64,000 nt of DNA from an uncultured Mollicutes bacterium (GTDB lineage Bacteria; Bacillota_I; Bacilli_A; RFN20; CAG-288). Below the pieces are notes generated by a model that saw only the letters and a program-made list of their open reading frames with translations, had not been told where the DNA came from and did not search any database. Each line of letters begins with the position of its first letter. The stretch's first letter is position 1. Shown here piece after piece: positions 47,726-57,132 of the stretch. The DNA lies in the NCBI GenBank assembly GCA_900539865.1, contig UQDS01000003.1, forward strand, positions 90,789 through 154,788, given 5' to 3'. A program made the position numbers and the translations under genes.

Positions 47726-48721
47726 ATGCAGATCGATAAGAATGCCGTGTTGTTTGCCTTAAGCGCAAATAAAGTACTTGCCGAAAAAGTTGCCGAGGAG
47801 TTAAATATTCAACTCAGTTCCGTTCATTTAGCAAAGTTTCCATCTCAAGAAATCTTAGCCTGTCCGATTGATACTGTCCGTGGTAAACAAGTCTTTATCA
47901 TTCAGTCTACTTGTCCGCCGGTCAATGATAATTTGATGGAAGTTCTTGTTTTCGTTGACGCTCTGCGCAGAGCATCTGCTGGCGAAATCAATGTGATCAT
48001 TCCTTATTTTGGCTATGCGAGACAGGATCGTAAATCAAAACCGAGAGAACCAATTTCTTCTCGTCTTGTTGCTGATTTATTAGTTACTGCCGGTGTTCAT
48101 CGTGTCATCACGTTCGATTTGCACGCTGCTCAAATTCAAGGGTTCTTCAACTGTCTGGAAGATGATATCTCTGCTATACCATTATTAGGTCATGTCATCT
48201 TCAATGATCCGGACATTGACAGAAAGAATCTTGTCACCGTTTCTCCAGATCACGGCGGTGTTAACCGCGCTCGTAAAATTGCGGAAAAATTAAATACACC
48301 AATCGCTATTATCGACAAGAGACGCAACTCTAAATATCAGCCGGAAGTCATGAACATCATCGGCTCTGTCGAAGGAAAAGATTGTATTATTATCGACGAT
48401 ATGATTGATACCGCAGGAAGTGCAGTTGCTGCCGCAAAAGCCTTGAAGAACTTCGGTGCACAAAGAATATTTATGGCTGTGACACACCCAGTTTTATCTG
48501 ATCCTGCATTTGAAAGACTGAGCAGTGCTCACGTCTTTGAAAAACTTTATGTCACAGACTCTATACCTTTGGATTCTCGTTTCATAAATAACAAAGATAT
48601 TCCTGTGACTGTTGTTTCTTTAGCAAAGGTGATTGCAGATGCGATTCTTGCAATCAATAACAACTGTTCTGTGTCTGAAATTTACGGCGCATATGTCGAT
48701 GTTTTAGACGAACAAAAGTAA
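47726..48721 (+). CDS. prs: ribose-phosphate pyrophosphokinase
   Basis: It has the PRPP synthetase motifs (FGYARQDRK, the PRPP-binding loop DDMIDTAGS). The ATG at 47726 follows GGAGG; the ORF track lists 47714..48721 from an upstream TTG start. Confidence 0.9.
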   Translation: MQIDKNAVLFALSANKVLAEKVAEELNIQLSSVHLAKFPSQEILACPIDTVRGKQVFIIQSTCPPVNDNLMEVLVFVDALRRASAGEINVIIPYFGYARQDRKSKPREPISSRLVADLLVTAGVHRVITFDLHAAQIQGFFNCLEDDISAIPLLGHVIFNDPDIDRKNLVTVSPDHGGVNRARKIAEKLNTPIAIIDKRRNSKYQPEVMNIIGSVEGKDCIIIDDMIDTAGSAVAAAKALKNFGAQRIFMAVTHPVLSDPAFERLSSAHVFEKLYVTDSIPLDSRFINNKDIPVTVVSLAKVIADAILAINNNCSVSEIYGAYVDVLDEQK

Positions 48722-48844
48722 ATGATGAAAACGATGTGCTACATGCGCATCGTTTTTTATATCCCGCTCGGCAAAGATTGAGTTTTTCTTTAAATTATGA
48801 AATAATTTATATATAGATTAAATAGCTACGAAAGGTAATACTTC

Positions 48845-49627
48845 ATGAACCACTCTCGAAAAGTTTTAATTATCTCGCAGACATTTGTTTATGGCTTGGT
48901 TTTTATCATTTTCATTCTTTGCATCAATGGATTTGTCTCCTATTGGGATGAAACTCAAACTAAGACAATTCTTGTTGCCAGTACGACAGGTTTAATTGCG
49001 ATTTGGCTGACAGTTATTTTAGAAAAAATCACCGATTTTCGCTTCTCAATTTTAGTTGACAGTTGTATTGCTGCTGACTTGTTTTTATCTATTATCATCG
49101 GTGAATGCTGTGAAGGTTACTATCGCATTCCTTATTATGATCGCGTTTTGCACTTTATTGGAACTGGTCAATTTGCTGTCTTAGGATACGCACTTTTTAA
49201 AATTGCATTAAGAAGCACAAACAAAGGAACTGGTCAATTGGCACTCTCCTTAGTCTTTGGCTTTTTCTTCGCTGTTGCTGTTGAATCCATGTGGGAATTG
49301 TACGAGTGGGCAGCGGACTGTCTCTTTGGAACCAATATGCAAAAATTTGTTCCTCCAGAGATGTTGCCTTTCTTGGATGAGAATCTTGTGTTTCCAGAAT
49401 CTATGAAAGATCAAATTTATGAGTTTTACTCTAAGAGAGACGGATATCATTATGCGATTATGGATACAATGTGGGACATCGTTTGCGATGTGTTAGGTGC
49501 GATTACTTTCACTATTGGCAATGCAGTTTTAATGCATCAAAAGCCGCGCTATCAAGATGTTATTATTTATCGTGAAAAAGAAGAAGATGTTCTTCGTATC
49601 ATCAACAAGAACAAAGAAGGCGAATAA
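48845..49627 (+). CDS. hypothetical polytopic membrane protein
   Basis: It is 260 aa with about 6 TM segments and a Cys-rich loop (IIGECCEG). Confidence 0.45.
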   Translation: MNHSRKVLIISQTFVYGLVFIIFILCINGFVSYWDETQTKTILVASTTGLIAIWLTVILEKITDFRFSILVDSCIAADLFLSIIIGECCEGYYRIPYYDRVLHFIGTGQFAVLGYALFKIALRSTNKGTGQLALSLVFGFFFAVAVESMWELYEWAADCLFGTNMQKFVPPEMLPFLDENLVFPESMKDQIYEFYSKRDGYHYAIMDTMWDIVCDVLGAITFTIGNAVLMHQKPRYQDVIIYREKEEDVLRIINKNKEGE

Positions 49628-49632
49628 ATAAG

Positions 49633-50397
49633 ATGCGTACAGAAGCAAACGCCGATTCCAATAAACTTTTGTTGACGTTTACCTATCTCCTGCTTGCTTA
49701 TTTGGGTGTACAACTCATCCCTTATGAAATGATGGGGGAAAGAATTTGGGTTCATTTGCTTGTAAAAGATATCTGTCTTCTTTTTGTGCTGTTTCTTTGT
49801 GTTTTTGAAATGAGAACAAAACGCCAAAAAGCACAAAGAGTTTCCGTTTCACTTTGGCCAATTTTACTTTTAATTGGCTGTTTTTCTAATTTTATTTATG
49901 CAGGAATATTCCACTTATCTCCAATTTTTATTTTAGAACCAACTTCTTTTACATTAAAAACAATTGGATTAATTGTTTCTGCTGTTGTTGAAGAATATAT
50001 CTTCCGTGGATTTCTTCAGATGTATCTCATACAAAAAGTAAGCAGAGCGACGTATAAGAATACGATTGTCATTGTTTTGACATCGCTTTGTTTTTCATTG
50101 ATGCACGTGATTAATTTTTACGGGAACGATCCGCTTGCGGTATCTGCTCAGCTTGGATATACCTTCATCTTAGGCATTGTTCTTTCAACAATATCATTTT
50201 CTTTTTCATATCCGCTTGTCTTTACTGTTCTTGGTCATATTTGTTTCAACTTCTTTAACGATCTTTTATTCGCTGCCTTTTATCAGATACCATTGACATG
50301 GGTTTATATTTTGTTCAGTGTCGGAATCGGTATTTTTTGTGTTGTCTATTCACTTATCGGTTATAATATTTTTTATCGTAGAAAGAGAGAAATGTAA
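49633..50397 (+). CDS. CPBP family intramembrane glutamic endopeptidase (CAAX protease-like)
   Basis: It has the EEYIFRG (EExxxR) and FSLMHV (H motif) signatures in a polytopic protein. Confidence 0.7.
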   Translation: MRTEANADSNKLLLTFTYLLLAYLGVQLIPYEMMGERIWVHLLVKDICLLFVLFLCVFEMRTKRQKAQRVSVSLWPILLLIGCFSNFIYAGIFHLSPIFILEPTSFTLKTIGLIVSAVVEEYIFRGFLQMYLIQKVSRATYKNTIVIVLTSLCFSLMHVINFYGNDPLAVSAQLGYTFILGIVLSTISFSFSYPLVFTVLGHICFNFFNDLLFAAFYQIPLTWVYILFSVGIGIFCVVYSLIGYNIFYRRKREM

Positions 50398-51152
50398 TGT
50401 TACCAGATATTGGATTTGATGTTTATCCCATTTTTATCGTGTTAGGTGTCTTTTCCTCTTTTGTTTTATTGGAACTTTATTTTCGGAAGAAGAAAATAGA
50501 TAAGAAAATTACAACGTCCACAGAACTTGCGGTTATCATGGCAGCCATTGTAGCAATAGTTACGGCTATCCTATTTCAAAATCTTTATGATTTTATTGAG
50601 AATCCACAAAATTATAAATGGACTTGGGGAATGACTTTCTTCGGTGGTATTATCGGTGGTGTTTTGACTTTTGTCCTTGAATATTTTGTTCATTTACGAA
50701 AAAAATACGGCCCGTATTTAAAGCATGTTGCTATTGTTGCTGGTATGGCTATACCTTTGGCACATGCTATTGGAAGAATCGGTTGTGTTTTAGATGGTTG
50801 TTGTTATGGTAAGGAGACGGATTCTATCTTTGGAATCAAGTTCAATACAACAGAGACAAAAGTTTACCCTACGAATCTCTTTGAATGCATTTTTTTATTC
50901 GTGTTGGCTGGACTTCTTATTTATCTTGTCTTTCGTCATCAATTTGAAATGACTCTTCAAGTTTATATGATTTCTTATGGTGTGTTTCGCTTCTTAATTG
51001 AATATCTAAGAGGTGATGATAGAGGACAATTGATTCCTGGCGTTAGCCCTTCTCAATTTTGGGCGATTCTCTTATTTATCGGCGGACTTATTTACTTGGG
51101 TATAACACTGTATTTAAAGCATCAAAAAAAGAATGACCCATTAAAAGAATAA
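50397..51152 (+). CDS. Lgt-family-like membrane protein with non-canonical GRIGCxLDGCCYG motif (putative prolipoprotein diacylglyceryl transferase family)
   Basis: It has 7 TM segments. The HAIGRIGCVLDGCCYGKE loop lies in the position of the Lgt signature, and the gene is translationally coupled to the CPBP gene. Confidence 0.5.
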   Translation: MLPDIGFDVYPIFIVLGVFSSFVLLELYFRKKKIDKKITTSTELAVIMAAIVAIVTAILFQNLYDFIENPQNYKWTWGMTFFGGIIGGVLTFVLEYFVHLRKKYGPYLKHVAIVAGMAIPLAHAIGRIGCVLDGCCYGKETDSIFGIKFNTTETKVYPTNLFECIFLFVLAGLLIYLVFRHQFEMTLQVYMISYGVFRFLIEYLRGDDRGQLIPGVSPSQFWAILLFIGGLIYLGITLYLKHQKKNDPLKE

Positions 51153-51170
51153 GTAGAAAAGAATATATAT

Positions 51171-51205
51171 AAAAAAGCTGGCAATAAAGCCAGCTTATTT
51201 TTATT
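51171..51205. terminator. bidirectional rho-independent terminator between the Lgt-like gene (+) and HAD hydrolase gene (-)
   Basis: The hairpin aagctggc-aataaa-gccagctt is flanked by A6 upstream and a long T-run downstream. Confidence 0.65.
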
Positions 51206-52058
51206 TTTTTCTGCCTTCTTCTTCGTCTACTTGTTGATAATGAAGGCGATAGAGTTTATCCATCGGTGCTACTTTGTCGATGATTAATTTTGCAATTTCA
51301 TCTAACTTACTTTCTTCAGAATAATCGGCTTCACATAAGAAATCAACTCTTCTGTCTCTAAAGAGGGAAGCAGCAGGTTTCTTCTTTTTCTTATCGTAAA
51401 CAGCAATAGCGAAACCGCCGTTTGCACGAACTGTCTTCATACAGGGTACGTCTGTTTCACCATCTGCGATATAAACCATGTTTTGCATTGGAACAGGTTT
51501 GTCTTCATCTGGCATAGAGGCATTGACTTTGTTGTTTTCGTATAATTCTAAGACACCTTTGTTGATACGGTATAAGAATTGTGTCTTTGTAGTGTAATTG
51601 ACCGCGCTCTTTGGCCAGACAGCAGCACCATCCTTGTAGAGGAATTCACAGGCGAAGACTTCGCGAAAATAAGGAGCAATGCTTGATCCTTCAATGATTT
51701 CTTTATTTCCAGAAGAGATAACGTAGTGCTGAACTTCAACCCCGCGGCTAGCGCCATATTCATCTAATCTTTTAAACCATCCCTCGACGCCAGGAAAGTA
51801 CTGGATATCTTTTCCTAACTGAACAAACGCTTCTCTATTGATAGGAAGGTTTCGCTTTTTGGATTCTTCTATCATCAAATACATATATGCCAAAAGGGGA
51901 TCCATGTTTTCTTTAACAGATAAATCATTTGCGGCAGACCAAAATTCTCCCGTCTTAATATTCAATGAAGGAATGAAGGAATAATTCTGCATATCAGTAG
52001 TGCAGAGTGTGTGGTCGAAATCATAGACGAATGCTACAATCGTTTTTCCAGTGTTCAT
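51201..52058 (-). CDS. HAD-superfamily hydrolase
   Basis: It carries motif I DFDHT and motif IV GDGETD. Confidence 0.65.
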   Translation of the reverse strand: MNTGKTIVAFVYDFDHTLCTTDMQNYSFIPSLNIKTGEFWSAANDLSVKENMDPLLAYMYLMIEESKKRNLPINREAFVQLGKDIQYFPGVEGWFKRLDEYGASRGVEVQHYVISSGNKEIIEGSSIAPYFREVFACEFLYKDGAAVWPKSAVNYTTKTQFLYRINKGVLELYENNKVNASMPDEDKPVPMQNMVYIADGETDVPCMKTVRANGGFAIAVYDKKKKKPAASLFRDRRVDFLCEADYSEESKLDEIAKLIIDKVAPMDKLYRLHYQQVDEEEGRKK

Positions 52059-52201
52059 TTATTAAATGTTCCTTTCCTAAATTATAACTGAAATAGGATA
52101 TAGATACAAATAACAACTTTACAAATATATAGAAATAGACTTATTGTTTCATCAGGAAAGTAAACCTTTGTTATAATAGAAAAAAGAGGAATAGTAATCT
52201 C

Positions 52202-52468
52202 ATGAAAATTTGTCCGAACTGTCATAGAGAATGTGATGAACACAATTGGTATTGTCCAAATTGCCATCAAAGGCTTCCTTCTTTGAATATCAAAGCAACG
52301 GGGCATGCAAGTTATGGAGATCTTGATGCCTATAATCAGCGCTTTAAAGCATCGGTAGAAGATAAAGAGATGATTCGAGAAAAAAATCATCAAACCAGTG
52401 GCGATGATGATTTTGATTGCGCACAACCATACTCTTATATCAAAAGAGAAAACGGAGATCGAAATTAA
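52202..52468 (+). CDS. zinc-ribbon domain protein
   Basis: It has two CxxC pairs (CPNCH...CPNCH) at the N-terminus and is 88 aa long. Confidence 0.5.
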   Translation: MKICPNCHRECDEHNWYCPNCHQRLPSLNIKATGHASYGDLDAYNQRFKASVEDKEMIREKNHQTSGDDDFDCAQPYSYIKRENGDRN

Positions 52469-52599
52469 AAAAACAAAATACTTTAAAATGATATGAATTA
52501 CCGATTCTGGACAACTGAGAAAATAGAAAAATTAACTATCCAAACAAATTATAAATCATACTAATTAGTGTTGATGTGAATAGAGAAAAATCATTGTTT

Positions 52600-52652
52600 G
52601 TTAAAAGAATAGTGATAGATAATTTCCTTATTGTCAGATTTTTCAGCAAGAT
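52600..52652. repeat. roughly 50-bp relic of an rhs gene, near-identical to 54624-54675 inside the RHS CDS
   Basis: The sequence aagaata..gatagatRatttccttattgtcagatttttcagcaag has about 3 mismatches over about 50 nt. It sits in non-coding AT-rich DNA. Confidence 0.55.
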
Positions 52653-52972
52653 TATGAAGGAAGTGTGAAGCTATAAAAATATATATCATCTTATAAGTGT
52701 TCAAATGTGTTTTTTAGACACATTTGAGAACCATAAGAAAGAGAATTTTTTTATAAAAACATTCAACCAACAAACTTAAATGTGGTTAAGAATAATGTTT
52801 ATATATAATTTAATGACGGTCTCAAAGAATACATTAATAAGAACTATGATGGCTTAAATATCTAGATCAAGATTCAAATTGAGGGGAGCGTCAACTCATT
52901 AAAAACAACAAAATAGAATCACAACAAAAGACCGCTTGATCCTATTAGTGATAGTAGGGTTGGGCGGTCTAT

Positions 52973-53467
52973 TTACTTATTAATTTTAGGTAAAGAATCA
53001 TAGAAATGAGGAACTAAATGCAGTATTTCTTTTTCTAAATCCTCATAGTCTTTTTGGCTCATTTTGCTTTGCTTTTCAAATAATTTATTACTTTGTTTAG
53101 AAAGGATGCACTTGGTGATAATCACTATTGAGACATAAATTCCCATCAAAACACCACTAATGATATTTAAGGTTAGATAAAAAACTTCATTTAACTCGAA
53201 ATACACAATAAAAGAGCAAATCACCGAATTAATAAGGAAATAGATCCAGAAACTTAATACAATAACAACATTTTGTTTTATGTGAAGGAAGTTTTTGTAA
53301 CGGTTTTTCTTTAAAAAAAGAAAATGAAGCCAGCTATTTGGTTTAATCATATATGTTTTAAAAAGTAAATCCGAGTCTATGATATTAAAGACGACTCTTC
53401 CTGGAGAAATTAAGAAACTACATAATGAATACAGAATAATGAAAATATGCAAAATCAAAAATATCAT
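52973..53467 (-). CDS. small multi-TM membrane protein, putative immunity protein for the adjacent RHS C-terminal toxin
   Basis: It is 164 aa with 3-4 TM helices and lies immediately downstream of the RHS gene on the same strand. Toxin-immunity gene order is inferred. Confidence 0.4.
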   Translation of the reverse strand: MIFLILHIFIILYSLCSFLISPGRVVFNIIDSDLLFKTYMIKPNSWLHFLFLKKNRYKNFLHIKQNVVIVLSFWIYFLINSVICSFIVYFELNEVFYLTLNIISGVLMGIYVSIVIITKCILSKQSNKLFEKQSKMSQKDYEDLEKEILHLVPHFYDSLPKINK

Positions 53468-53596
53468 AATTATAATTATAGATATATATTCATAGTTTTA
53501 GAAGTAAAAAATCGTTTAGTTCTCTACTTTAATGAACTGACTAATCAAAAGTAGACTATTCAAATACGAGAATTACTGGGTTAAAGATTAAAAGGT

Positions 53597-53643
53597 ATAA
53601 AAAGGCTGTCGCCACAACTTACATTAATTGTTTTGACAGCCTT
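53597..53643 (-). terminator. hairpin terminator after the RHS gene
   Basis: The hairpin aaggctgtc...gacagcctt has a 24-nt loop and a flanking A/T run. Confidence 0.45.
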
Positions 53644-53650
53644 TATTTGT

Positions 53651-55606
53651 TTACATATATGGCGACAACACTTCTGAACAGACAGTAGTTAATACCATTA
53701 TCAAGCTCCCCATAAATACGTTTTTAATAGCAGTATTTTTAAGAGCTTTGGCAAAGGATACGGTTGCACTTTTAAGGAATAGATTCATCGTACCTTGAAC
53801 TCCTCTTAAGGAAATTCCTCCCATAAAGAATTTACTTATTGTATTTTTTACTACATTTGATGATTTAAATGGCATCGTTTTGAATAGTGTTCTTGTCATT
53901 AACTTAGAAGTTTGCGCTCCTTCACCAAGCAATCCACTTATTGCACCTAACATTGCAGAATCAAATACATTGTTCCAATTTATGGGATCTCCGTTAATGA
54001 TATCAGTTCCCATGCTTTGAACAGCTGATAAACCTGCATTAATGAGAACTTGTCCTCCTAAGCCAATTCCTGTGGCACCAAGCGCACCTCCAATTCCACC
54101 AATGACAGCGCTAAGAGCAACTTCTTCCCAATTAATATTTTCCCAACCATTTTGAATTCCTTGAGATACAATATTTGTAGCTGCACTTACTGTAGCACCT
54201 ATTGCTGTCCCAATTACAACCGCCAATAAAGAAAATATAAAATGGCCTGAAGGATCCACATTCATCACCGGATTATCACCGCAGTACATGTAGAGGTTCA
54301 ACCCGTTAATTTGGGACTTAGTTTTGTCAAGGATGGATAACTCATCTGAAGAGATGAATCTACTCATTGTAGGAGAATAATATCTAGCATTGAGATAATA
54401 CCAACCAGTCTCAGAATCGAAGTAATAACCACGATATCTGAATGGGTTTATGTCACCAATTGTGTCATCAGTATAATTGATTACTTCATGGTTTCCATAT
54501 GCGTCGTAATGGTACTCAGCAACTAAAGTTAGATTATCTTTTTGATAGATTCTCAAGACATCTCCTTGGATATTTCTTTCATAGATGTATTCGACACCAT
54601 TGAAAGTAAATCCAATGAGTTTGTCAGAAGAATAACGATAGATGATTTCCTTATTGTCAGATTTTTCAGCAAGTATTTTATCATTAAGAATAAAGTAAGT
54701 GGTCTTGACTCCATTAACAACTTTACTCGTTCTAATACCATTTAAGCCATAGGTATAAACTACATCATCGAATCCAATGAGCTTACCTTTCTTGTTCCAA
54801 GTAAGTTTATGATTGCCGATAGAATTAGGTCTACCCATGACATCGTAGGCGATTGTTTCACCATTGAAGTTAGTGAGTTGATCTTTATTACCTTTCGATG
54901 CATAGGTGTAGGAAGTGATATTAGGAGAATAAAGTCTATCCTCAAGCGAGTATTTATATTCTTTCTTAAGCAAGATGTTTCCACCGGAATCATATTTATA
55001 GACAATTGTTTTATTTAAGGATGGATTATCTTCTCTAACCAGTCTACCTAACGCATCATATTGATAACGGATTTCAGAATCATCTCTTTTTATAGAGATA
55101 ATGTTGCCAGATACATCATATTCGTATTCGGTGGTATCACTGATGACACCACCAATACGAATATCATGCTCTTTGATAAGATCCAGTGCATTTTCGCCAT
55201 AGCGGAGATACTCGATACTTTCGTCGACAAGAGAGCGTTCATCATCAAGAAGTTCTTTTCTAGTGACTCTACCTAAGGCATCATATTCAAACTGCTGTTT
55301 TGTATTGTCAATAGAGACAGTTTTAATTTGATTCTCTTTGCCTTCAACGTATTCGAATTTAGTCGTTGTAGTGATATTGCTGGCAGTTTCCGTTTTTGTC
55401 ACAACTCTTCCGTGACTGTCATAAGTAACTTCTTCTTTTGTTGTAATATCATCATACTTATATTCGTTGGAAAGAATCTGGTCCTCGATGTTATAGGCAG
55501 TGGTTACAGTTTCCTCACCGGAATTTTTATCAATTTTAACCAAACGGTCTCTATCGTCATATACATAGACGATAGAATCACCATCATTTGTCGTTGTGGA
55601 GTTCAC
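53651..55606 (-). CDS. RHS/YD-repeat polymorphic toxin, N-terminally truncated remnant with glycine-zipper C-terminal toxin domain
   Basis: Multiple YD repeats (YxYDxxGR) and the core end ARYYSPTMSRFISSDE...NLYMYCGDNPVMNVDPSGH are followed by GxxxG-rich hydrophobic helices. The only possible start is a GTG lacking an RBS, and an in-frame stop lies 10 codons upstream at 55634-55636, less than 120 nt from the glyA stop. Confidence 0.7.
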   Translation of the reverse strand: MNSTTTNDGDSIVYVYDDRDRLVKIDKNSGEETVTTAYNIEDQILSNEYKYDDITTKEEVTYDSHGRVVTKTETASNITTTTKFEYVEGKENQIKTVSIDNTKQQFEYDALGRVTRKELLDDERSLVDESIEYLRYGENALDLIKEHDIRIGGVISDTTEYEYDVSGNIISIKRDDSEIRYQYDALGRLVREDNPSLNKTIVYKYDSGGNILLKKEYKYSLEDRLYSPNITSYTYASKGNKDQLTNFNGETIAYDVMGRPNSIGNHKLTWNKKGKLIGFDDVVYTYGLNGIRTSKVVNGVKTTYFILNDKILAEKSDNKEIIYRYSSDKLIGFTFNGVEYIYERNIQGDVLRIYQKDNLTLVAEYHYDAYGNHEVINYTDDTIGDINPFRYRGYYFDSETGWYYLNARYYSPTMSRFISSDELSILDKTKSQINGLNLYMYCGDNPVMNVDPSGHFIFSLLAVVIGTAIGATVSAATNIVSQGIQNGWENINWEEVALSAVIGGIGGALGATGIGLGGQVLINAGLSAVQSMGTDIINGDPINWNNVFDSAMLGAISGLLGEGAQTSKLMTRTLFKTMPFKSSNVVKNTISKFFMGGISLRGVQGTMNLFLKSATVSFAKALKNTAIKNVFMGSLIMVLTTVCSEVLSPYM

Positions 55607-55717
55607 CCACGGAACAAAAGAAGGGCGTTATGGATTCCTACATGATTATCGTGATTGATATCACGATATAGAGGTAGCGTTATAAAATAAAAAACAGGAA
55701 TTTAAACATATAAAATT

Positions 55718-56974
55718 TTAGTCTAACTCATAGGGAAGCGGATATTTTTCGTTGAGCTTACGAACCTCTTCTCTTACTTTTTGATGGATTTCTTCATCGC
55801 TTGGATTCTTTAAGACAAGTGCGATTAATTTACCAACTTGAATGAAGTCTTCACGGTTATAGCCACGCGTGGTCATCGCAGGAGTTCCTAAACGCAAACC
55901 AGAAGTGTAAGCCGGCTTTTCTTTATCGCCAGGGATAGAATTCTTATTTGCGGTGATATTGCAAGACTCTAAGAGTTCTTGTGCCTGTAAACCTGTGACG
56001 CCAAAGGAATCTTTCACGTTGACAAGAAGAAGGTGGTTATCACTGCCACCAGTGATGATTTTCATTCCTTGTCTAGAAAGTTCTTCGCATAGCGCATGGC
56101 AATTATCCACAACGCGTTCCATGTACACTTTATAGTCTTCTTGTAAATCTTCACCAAAAGCAACGGCTTTGGCTGCAATTGTATTTTCTAATGGTCCACC
56201 TTGGCAACAGGGGAAAACGGCTTTATCGATTTTCTTTCCGATTTCAACATCATCAGAGATGATAATACCCCCTCTTGGACCTCTTAAAGTCTTATGAGTT
56301 GTGGAGGTGATGACATGTGCATAGGGAACCGGACTTGGATGTAATCCAGTGGCGACAAGACCGGCAATGTGAGCCATATCTACCATTAAGTAAGCGCCGA
56401 CTTCATCTGCAATTTCTCTAAATCTCTTAAAGTCTATGATGCGGGGATAGGCGCTAGCACCTGCTACGATAAGTTGCGGCTTTACTTCTTTAGCGATTCT
56501 TAAAACTTCATCGTAGTCGATCAAACCAGTTTCTTCGTTGACACCATAAGAGTAAGATTCATAGTCTTTTCCGGAGAAAGAGAAACGATATCCGTGTGTT
56601 AAGTGGCCTCCGGCATCTAAAGACATACCTAAAATGCGGTCACCATTTTTTAAAAGAGCTTTGTAGACTTCCATATTGGCTTGTGAACCAGAGTGGGGTT
56701 GTACGTTTGCAAAAGAGCAGTGGAATAATTTTTTCAATCTTTCGATTGCTAAATTTTCTGCCATATCAACAAACTGGCACCCACCGTAATATCTTTTGCC
56801 GGGATAGCCTTCAGCGTATTTGTTTGTCAAAACAGAACCGTTTGCTTCTCTCACTGCGTTAGAAACAAAGTTCTCGCTTGCGATTAATTCGATATTATCT
56901 TCTTGTCTACGTCTTTCTTTGCAGACGATATCATATAACTCGGGGTCTGCTTTTCTTAAATTGTTGTTATCCAT
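55718..56974 (-). CDS. glyA: serine hydroxymethyltransferase
   Basis: It has PLP-dependent SHMT motifs and a conserved Lys region ([12 protein letters not shown]). The start is at the ATG (MDNNNLRK) preceded by GGAGG; the longer ORF-track start at 57028 has no RBS. Confidence 0.9.
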   Translation of the reverse strand: MDNNNLRKADPELYDIVCKERRRQEDNIELIASENFVSNAVREANGSVLTNKYAEGYPGKRYYGGCQFVDMAENLAIERLKKLFHCSFANVQPHSGSQANMEVYKALLKNGDRILGMSLDAGGHLTHGYRFSFSGKDYESYSYGVNEETGLIDYDEVLRIAKEVKPQLIVAGASAYPRIIDFKRFREIADEVGAYLMVDMAHIAGLVATGLHPSPVPYAHVITSTTHKTLRGPRGGIIISDDVEIGKKIDKAVFPCCQGGPLENTIAAKAVAFGEDLQEDYKVYMERVVDNCHALCEELSRQGMKIITGGSDNHLLLVNVKDSFGVTGLQAQELLESCNITANKNSIPGDKEKPAYTSGLRLGTPAMTTRGYNREDFIQVGKLIALVLKNPSDEEIHQKVREEVRKLNEKYPLPYELD

Positions 56975-57092
56975 AGTGAATTCCTCCAAACTTATATTAG
57001 AGTAACACAAACAAAAGTCTTTGAGCATTAAAATTGATAAATGAACTATATCAATATATACATTTTAAAACAATGAAGAAAAGTTGCCTTAT

Positions 57093-57126
57093 AAAAAACC
57101 TCTTTACTGAATTAACAGTAAAGAGG
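57093..57126 (-). terminator. rho-independent terminator of glpK
   Basis: The hairpin cctctttactg-aattaa-cagtaaagagg has a plus-strand A6, which is the T-run on the minus strand. Confidence 0.65.
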
Positions 57127-57132
57127 TTGATT

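Noticed and set aside
55606-55606. The RHS ORF as an intact gene starting at 55606
   Set aside because: The start is GTG without an RBS, and an in-frame stop lies 10 codons upstream at 55634-55636. Fewer than 120 nt separate it from glyA, so there is no room for the N-terminal half of an RHS protein. It is treated as a truncated remnant.
57028-57028. glyA start at 57028 ([18 protein letters not shown]...)
   Set aside because: No RBS is present. The internal ATG at 56974 (MDNNNLRK...) is preceded by GGAGG and matches SHMT N-termini.
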